Below are positions 58,226 through 64,000 of a stretch of DNA of 64,000 nucleotides, in pieces. This DNA comes from a virus. The translations under genes and the position numbers were made by a program. The notes under the pieces were generated by a model. That model was given only the letters and a program-made list of their open reading frames with translations, had not been told where the DNA came from and made no database searches. The first letter of the stretch is position 1, and each line of letters begins with the position of its first letter. The stretch is from positions 34,650 to 98,649 of the IMG/VR virus record IMGVR_UViG_3300046820_001050; one strand, written 5' to 3'.

Positions 58226-58250
58226 TATAAGTCTATTTTACCACAGAAGG

Positions 58251-60284
58251 CTACTTGTTTATTTTAATTTCACAATAGTCTGTAGTGCAGTACATCTCTC
58301 CCTGAGCCTCAAGGTTTTCTGCTCCATCATAGATAGCAGAAAAATCAATGTGCTTCAATTTGCCGATATATGACTCGTATTGCTCTTCAGTAATCTGGGT
58401 GTATGGCTGTTGTGGATATGTGTGATTTCCCATTGGCAGGAATGAAACTGCCTTTAATTGTCCCTCGTACATATGCAGTGCTGGAACAACATGCTTTGAC
58501 TCTGTTTCCTTATCAAATGAAAGCGTTACAGAAACTCCATTATCAGACCAGTACTTCTGAGCAGTTGCAGCAAGTGCAATCTTTTCAAATAACGTAACAT
58601 CCTTTTCAGATCGTGGATGACCTGACTTGATTGGGAAGTATACAACTGATGTGTTTGCTGATACAACGTCGTCTTCTATTGTGTACCCCGCTGCTTTGAA
58701 CAAGTGCATCATTGGATCTGTGTTTCCAAATCGAACTGCACGAAGGAAGAAGTTTCCTCCAGGTCCCCAGTGAACTCCAGGAGTTGCACCAGAAAGAATT
58801 GAAACTGATCCTGATGGCTTAACTGTTGTTACACGAATTGACTCACGAACACATAGCCACTCTGAATACTGGTGGTCATAGTGACGAATCTTATTGTATC
58901 CTTCATCCATCCATTCACGAACAACTGGCAAACCCTTCTGATCTGCAAATGATGCAATACCAGTGAGTGATGTACCAATACGACGATTGCGTTGCATGAT
59001 ACCGTTTGTTTGTGGCCAGTGTGTTGGAACAAGCGTTACAGTCTTTCCATAAAGGTATGCAAACTTCAGGGTACGCAGGAAGTCTTCCTTAGATTCATGA
59101 CGATTTAAGTGCACTTCTACAAGTGTACACAGTTCGTATGATTCTAATGGCTGCTCCGCACATGGGTTGAATCCCATCACACGATAATCCTTACCGTCTG
59201 GCGCATCCTTTAGTCGTCCATAATTACGAGCAACATCAAGCCAGATAAAACCTGGTTCTCCGTTTTCCGTAATTAAATCTACATAGTCTTCATAATTTGT
59301 TCCTACTTCTGCTGAAATAGAATTGTTAGACATCCAAGCCCAACCTGGAGTCTCTGGATCAAATGAGTTACGCTCTGGGAACATCTCTGAGTTCTTTAGA
59401 TTCATAAATGTTTCATCCCCTGCATTACCCAAAGCAAGAGTTGCTGATCGTCTTACGTTTCCTGATACCACACAGGTACCAATAAGATTTACAAGGTCTA
59501 CGATAGCACGAGAGTCTAGGGTTTCTCCGCCTCTGGAGCCGATTACACGGTCTATCTGGTCGTGCAACTTGATAAGAGGTGCAGGTCCTGATGCAACGCC
59601 TCCAAAGCCCTTGATAGGGGCTCCTAGGGGTCTGATCAAATCGTAGTTAAACTTCTGAATACTCTGGTTTGCTCTTAAGTAAGAGTTGATGAGAAGGCGT
59701 ACTGATTCTACCCAGCCTTCACGAGTGTCTGGAATTTCGAACACCTGTTCTGGCTCTGTTGGGGTATAGATTGAGAAATTCTTATCCTGTCCCACTGTGT
59801 CAAACCCTACACCAATGCCAAGCATCAATGCATCCATAACCCAAGCAAATAATGCTCCTGGATCATTCTTATCAAGGTCCTTGGTTGAAACCATGGCACA
59901 GTTTTGTAGTGCTGCTGAGTTCTTTTTCTCCATAGTCATAGGAGTTCCAAATGCCCACATGCCACGACCTGGTGGTGTCCACTTTAATTCAAACATTCTT
60001 TGGAATGCTTCTTGTGCTGACTTCTGAGCCTTATAGTCATTCCATGGCAAACGGTTTTCTTTAGCATGATTCTTCTGAACTGAATACATACCCTCGATTA
60101 CACGGCGACAAACTTCATTCCATCTTTCTTTAGTTCCATCTTCCTTCATACGAGAATATGTACGAATAAAAGTAATTTCTCCAAGTGAATTTTCTGCTGC
60201 ATCCTTGAATCCAAATGGGCTTTCTACATTTTTGTACTTTTCTACAAAATCTTCTGGAAGTTTAAAACTAAAAAAATCTGACAT
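58251..60284 (-). CDS. nrdJ: Class II (adenosylcobalamin-dependent) ribonucleotide reductase
   Basis: RTYSR, PPGRG, NCA, GNVRRSA, catalytic NPCAE, TTVKPSG, and C-terminal CTTDYC redox pair. Confidence 0.92.
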   Translation of the reverse strand: MSDFFSFKLPEDFVEKYKNVESPFGFKDAAENSLGEITFIRTYSRMKEDGTKERWNEVCRRVIEGMYSVQKNHAKENRLPWNDYKAQKSAQEAFQRMFELKWTPPGRGMWAFGTPMTMEKKNSAALQNCAMVSTKDLDKNDPGALFAWVMDALMLGIGVGFDTVGQDKNFSIYTPTEPEQVFEIPDTREGWVESVRLLINSYLRANQSIQKFNYDLIRPLGAPIKGFGGVASGPAPLIKLHDQIDRVIGSRGGETLDSRAIVDLVNLIGTCVVSGNVRRSATLALGNAGDETFMNLKNSEMFPERNSFDPETPGWAWMSNNSISAEVGTNYEDYVDLITENGEPGFIWLDVARNYGRLKDAPDGKDYRVMGFNPCAEQPLESYELCTLVEVHLNRHESKEDFLRTLKFAYLYGKTVTLVPTHWPQTNGIMQRNRRIGTSLTGIASFADQKGLPVVREWMDEGYNKIRHYDHQYSEWLCVRESIRVTTVKPSGSVSILSGATPGVHWGPGGNFFLRAVRFGNTDPMMHLFKAAGYTIEDDVVSANTSVVYFPIKSGHPRSEKDVTLFEKIALAATAQKYWSDNGVSVTLSFDKETESKHVVPALHMYEGQLKAVSFLPMGNHTYPQQPYTQITEEQYESYIGKLKHIDFSAIYDGAENLEAQGEMYCTTDYCEIKINK

Positions 60285-60373
60285 GTGTTTCGTCCTTTCT
60301 AAAACGGAATAGTGTTAAGTATAGCAGAGTTTTTAAAAAAGCAAAACTCTCTATCTTTTGTAAAAGGTTAGTT

Positions 60374-61087
60374 TTACTTGTATGTTTTCTTTTGCCAAAA
60401 CTTAAGCCTATATCCATGCTGAAAACTAGACCTAACTTTTATTCTTTGCTCTTCTATTTTCTTTAAATCAAAACTTTTGTCTACTTCCATTTCCCATTCT
60501 TCTCTCTTAAAAGGAAAAATTTGAGACATTGGAGTTCCTTGCTTTATGGTTCCCTTAAAATTTTTCTTTACCAAGAAAGAAAGATGACCATCAGTAAAAT
60601 AAGTATCTGTATCGACTACTGCGTCAATTGCTTTTAGTGGTGATACATTTTGGTGCATAGGACTTGTAAATAAAGTGCTATATCCTTCTTCAGTTTGAAC
60701 CATCCATGTTGGATGTATTCTTAATATTTTATCACAATAAATTTCTCTATCAATTGGAAGATGTGAAACTTGCTCTATTCCGTGTTCGCTTATTAGTGCT
60801 GCCTGATATTTATTCATATGTGCAGGTAATTGAAGTTTAAAATCTCCGTCAGTTGTATCTATATATATATCTACTGGAACTTTTAAAATATAACCCATTG
60901 ACATGGCATCAAAGAATGCTTGACATTTTTTTACAGTGAGTTTTAGTTGTCCTTTTTCAGGTGTGTCTTCTCCTACAACTCCTGGCTGTTCTTTGTACCA
61001 TGCAGGAATATTTTTTGTTCCTGGCTCTGGCAGTGGTGCTACATTTGCTAAAGGAGGATACATCTGTAAAAATTTAATGATATTCAT
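60374..61087 (-). CDS. Conserved phage protein; paralog of 3197..3961
   Basis: IPAWYK, TVKKCQAFFDAMSMGY, VVDTD and GTPMSQIFPFKREEW. Confidence 0.65.
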   Translation of the reverse strand: MNIIKFLQMYPPLANVAPLPEPGTKNIPAWYKEQPGVVGEDTPEKGQLKLTVKKCQAFFDAMSMGYILKVPVDIYIDTTDGDFKLQLPAHMNKYQAALISEHGIEQVSHLPIDREIYCDKILRIHPTWMVQTEEGYSTLFTSPMHQNVSPLKAIDAVVDTDTYFTDGHLSFLVKKNFKGTIKQGTPMSQIFPFKREEWEMEVDKSFDLKKIEEQRIKVRSSFQHGYRLKFWQKKTYK

Positions 61088-61169
61088 ATAAGCCTTTCTT
61101 TAGTTATAATTGTATCACACTAAAATATTTATTATTTTTTAATATTTTAGTATATCTAGAATTTAATTA

Positions 61170-62723
61170 TTAGAAATTAGTTTCTATTTGATAACCATCA
61201 TAAACTAGGAAGCGGTCTGTATAAAACATATCATAAGGCTCACAGTTAATTGAAATAACTTCGTGAGGAGTGTATGATATTATCAACTCAGTGATAGGAA
61301 CCCAAGAATTCGTGTCTGCAGACCATAGTTCGTCTGTCTCCAAAAGATCTTCAGAGGCAATCATGCTAGAAACATTATCTCTTTTTGCAAGCATATAGTG
61401 AGTTCCTGAGTAATATTCGCCATTTATTCCAACAGAAACCTGTGCTGTTGATGTTCCTATTGCAACGATTGTTGTCTCTTTGTCAGGAATAGCAACAACA
61501 TTTGTTGGAGTTTCTGTCCATGACTGAACATCTTGAACTGTAAAGTTTGATCCTAGTCCAGGGATTTCTGTAGAAACAAGAACATCTCCGACCTTAAGAT
61601 TTTTTGCTTGAGTAAGCCCATCTACAGTCAAAACTAATGTGTCTATGTTTACAGAGAAGTCAAAACTTCCTCCTGGAGAAAATCCGAATGCAGGAACAAA
61701 TCCAAATGCTCCGAATGCACCGAATGCTCCGAATGCACCGAATGGTGCAAAACCAAATGCTCCGAATGCACCGAATGCTCCGAATGCACCGAATGGTGCA
61801 AAACCAAATGCTCCGAATGCTCCGAATGCTCCGAATGGTGCGAATGAGAACACTGTTGTAACATTTCCTGATGCACCTGATGTTCCAGAACTTCCGTTTG
61901 CATTGTCTGCACGAACTGTGTATGTCTGTGAACTTCCCTGTTCTTGAGATACGTTTACAGATGTTGACCCTGTATTTCCAGACTTACCGTCAGATGCTGC
62001 CCAGAAATAATTGGTGATAGCCTTACCGCCATTATTTGGTGCTGACCATGAGACAGAGTCAGTTCCTGCTGATGGTGATGATGCGGAAGGTGCACCTGGA
62101 GTTGCAGGTACTGTAGTTGCAGTAATAGCATTTGAAGCAGCAGATGTTGCTGAGTTTCCATTAGCATTAGTTGCTACTACTGTAAAAGTATAAGATGTTC
62201 CTGATTGAAGTCCTTGTACTGTAATTGGAAAACCATCAGTTCCAGTATAGCCACCAGAAGATGCTGTAGCAGTATAAACACTTACTGCTTTACCACCTGT
62301 AGCCCCTGCAGTATAACTAACTGTTGCTGCGCCGTTATTAAATGACCTACCTGTTCCAACATCTGTAGCAGTTACGCCAACTGGTGTTTGAGGAACAGTA
62401 GTAACTGTTACAGAATTAGATCCAGCAGATGTTGGGCCAACTCCTGAAGCGTTTGTTCCTGTTACTGTAAATGTTGGAGTTGCTCCTGAAGAAATTCCAG
62501 TTACAACAATTGGAGATGATGATCCTGTTGCTGATTGTCCAGTGCTTGCTGTTACAGTAAATGATGTTGCAGCGTTTGGACCTGTAGGAGTAAATGTCAC
62601 TGATACAGCACCATTGTTAAATGGTCTTGCTGTTCCAACATCTGTTGCTGTACCTATTGTTGGTGCGTATGGAGTTAGGAAGTCATTTGCTCCCTGACTC
62701 ATTCTACCTGCTTGCTTTGACAT
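61170..62723 (-). CDS. Putative tail-fibre adhesin: three FN3 domains, (GAF)n repeat, C-terminal Hint domain
   Basis: FN3 motifs (YTFTVVATNANG); FGAFGAF repeats; Hint signatures SVNIDTLV...G...AKNLKVGD and VISINCEPYDMFYTDRFLVYD. Confidence 0.75.
   Translation of the reverse strand: MSKQAGRMSQGANDFLTPYAPTIGTATDVGTARPFNNGAVSVTFTPTGPNAATSFTVTASTGQSATGSSSPIVVTGISSGATPTFTVTGTNASGVGPTSAGSNSVTVTTVPQTPVGVTATDVGTGRSFNNGAATVSYTAGATGGKAVSVYTATASSGGYTGTDGFPITVQGLQSGTSYTFTVVATNANGNSATSAASNAITATTVPATPGAPSASSPSAGTDSVSWSAPNNGGKAITNYFWAASDGKSGNTGSTSVNVSQEQGSSQTYTVRADNANGSSGTSGASGNVTTVFSFAPFGAFGAFGAFGFAPFGAFGAFGAFGAFGFAPFGAFGAFGAFGAFGFVPAFGFSPGGSFDFSVNIDTLVLTVDGLTQAKNLKVGDVLVSTEIPGLGSNFTVQDVQSWTETPTNVVAIPDKETTIVAIGTSTAQVSVGINGEYYSGTHYMLAKRDNVSSMIASEDLLETDELWSADTNSWVPITELIISYTPHEVISINCEPYDMFYTDRFLVYDGYQIETNF
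61676..61850. repeat. 9-bp tandem repeats nested in a 51-bp higher-order repeat, encoding FAP(FGA)nFG
   Basis: ccgaatgc(t/a) units in three blocks separated by ggtgcaaaacca. Confidence 0.9.
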
Positions 62724-62753
62724 ATTTAATCTCCCTTGTTTCTTTAATTTTTA

Positions 62754-64000
62754 TTATGCTGACAAGTCTCCGAAGACTAACCATCCTGCTGAAGTCTTCA
62801 TTGCTGTTACTACTGAGTTAGTTGTTCTAAAGTTACGTCCTGGTGTTCCAACAACTCCGTTTGTTGCTTCAAAACGTGCTCCAGTTCCTGACTCTTGATA
62901 GAAATCAATTGACTGTCCAGTTGAGTATCCTGATGCTGGAAGAGTAATTACTACTGCTCCAGTTAGTGGGATCAACTGATCTGCCCGACCTGTTGCAAGT
63001 GAGTGTGCACCTGCTGCGATTGCAGTTGGAATTGTTGTAATTGAAGGAACTCCAGCCTTTGTCTGTGTACCGTCTGAGAAGACGATTCCAGATGATGCTG
63101 TTACAGCACCTGAGAATGTTGGTGCATCTGCAACTGCAATTGTTGAACCAGACTTTGTAATGTTTGTACCAGCAGTTACTGCTTCAGAAGCGTTGAACTG
63201 TGCGTAGTTAACATTTGTAGTTCCGATTGTAATTGTTCCAGTTGTGCTCAAGATGTATCCCTTAGAGCCATTTGTTGATCCAGATGTTACGAATACGAAG
63301 TCACCTGTCGCCAATTCTCCTGAAGGATTGTTATCTGCATCTACTGCACGAGTTACAACCCACTTTGCTGATGCTCCACCTACGTTAGTAATTGTGTAAA
63401 TACCGTTTTGTGTTGCGTCTGTTTGTGCACGAAGAAGGATTCTGTTACCAACAGAAACTGATGCTCCGTCAATTGTTCCGATTGCGCCATTGGCAGATGC
63501 TGTAAGTGTTGCACCTACACCGTTTGTACCATTGTCGTAAACTCCAGCAAGATTTCCTGTTGATGCTGCAACTACTGGCTGATGGAAGTTAATTCCTGCT
63601 GCAAGTCCATCAACGTACTGCTTTGTTGCTGCATGAAGATCTGATGTTGGGGCACCTGATAGTGTAAGTGCTCCTGTAAGTGTTCCGCCAGCAAGATTTA
63701 ACTTAGCATTAAGTGCTGTTTGTGTAGCAGTTGAAACTGGCTTGTCTGCATCTGCTGTGTTGCTAACATTTGCAAGGCCAACCATTGACTTTGTGATACC
63801 TGAAACTGTTCCAGTAAATGTTGGATTTGCGAGAGGTGCCTTAAGGTCAAGTGCTGTTTGTGTTGCTGTAGAGACTGGCTTGTTGGCGTCAGATGTATTG
63901 TCTACATTTGCAAGACCAACTGAAGACTTTGTTAGTGCTGATACTGCAGTTGTTACTGCTCCGTCAGCATATGTCTTTGTAGCAAGTGCTGCTGTGTCTG
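62754..64000 (-). CDS. Tail fibre protein, C-terminal part (start lies beyond the window)
   Basis: Frame is open to the window edge; two VGLANV.NT.DA.KPVSTATQTAL repeats, HAATKQYVD, QNGIY, C-terminal WLVFGDLSA. Confidence 0.85.
   Translation of the reverse strand, partial: DTAALATKTYADGAVTTAVSALTKSSVGLANVDNTSDANKPVSTATQTALDLKAPLANPTFTGTVSGITKSMVGLANVSNTADADKPVSTATQTALNAKLNLAGGTLTGALTLSGAPTSDLHAATKQYVDGLAAGINFHQPVVAASTGNLAGVYDNGTNGVGATLTASANGAIGTIDGASVSVGNRILLRAQTDATQNGIYTITNVGGASAKWVVTRAVDADNNPSGELATGDFVFVTSGSTNGSKGYILSTTGTITIGTTNVNYAQFNASEAVTAGTNITKSGSTIAVADAPTFSGAVTASSGIVFSDGTQTKAGVPSITTIPTAIAAGAHSLATGRADQLIPLTGAVVITLPASGYSTGQSIDFYQESGTGARFEATNGVVGTPGRNFRTTNSVVTAMKTSAGWLVFGDLSA

Noticed and set aside
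61170-61655. A true splicing intein in the adhesin
   Set aside because: The Hint is C-terminal, lacks the His-Asn end and has only a few residues after it; it fits cleavage or ligation, not splicing.
61676-61850. CRISPR array or diversity-generating retroelement at the tandem repeats
   Set aside because: The repeats have no unique spacers and are in-frame coding; no reverse transcriptase or TR/VR pair is in the window.
61639-61947. Plus-strand ORF with NAP repeats resembling Plasmodium CSP
   Set aside because: It is simply the reverse complement of the FGA repeat in the adhesin gene.
1-64000. Alternative genetic code (stop-codon reassignment)
   Set aside because: Genes are full length under code 11 with high coding density; TAA, TAG and TGA are all used as stops.

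Overview
This window is part of a large, AT-rich tailed-phage genome, probably a long-tailed siphovirus. Essentially every real gene is on the minus strand. An actinobacterial host, probably freshwater, is inferred from the many leaderless extended -10 promoters, a DnaE with an intact PHP site and a surface protein resembling those of small Actinobacteria. In transcription order (right to left) the window holds: a tail fibre (partial); an FN3 adhesin with (Gly-Ala-Phe)n repeats and a Hint domain; a class II ribonucleotide reductase; head genes (portal, protease/scaffold, capsid); neck and tail genes; two paralogous tail chaperones; a 3957-aa tape measure protein; tail tip genes; a replication/recombination block (DnaB, primase, SSB, DnaE, RecA, resolvases, Cas4-like nuclease); terminase; a block of secreted and membrane proteins; tRNA-Asn; and a modification island (2OG-Fe(II) oxygenases, a GT60-like protein, a carbamoyltransferase). 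The strongest leads are: (1) a self-processing Hint adhesin with a collagen-like aromatic repeat, possibly tailored by the phage oxygenase/glycosyl/carbamoyl enzymes; (2) kinase-like and ADP-ribosyltransferase-like cargo inside the tape measure protein, next to a motif repeated three times; (3) the tail-chaperone frameshift apparently replaced by gene duplication; (4) a hairpin/promoter switch on the HslV-like protease; (5) an ATA start codon on a large surface protein. All family calls come from motif recognition by eye; no database search was run.
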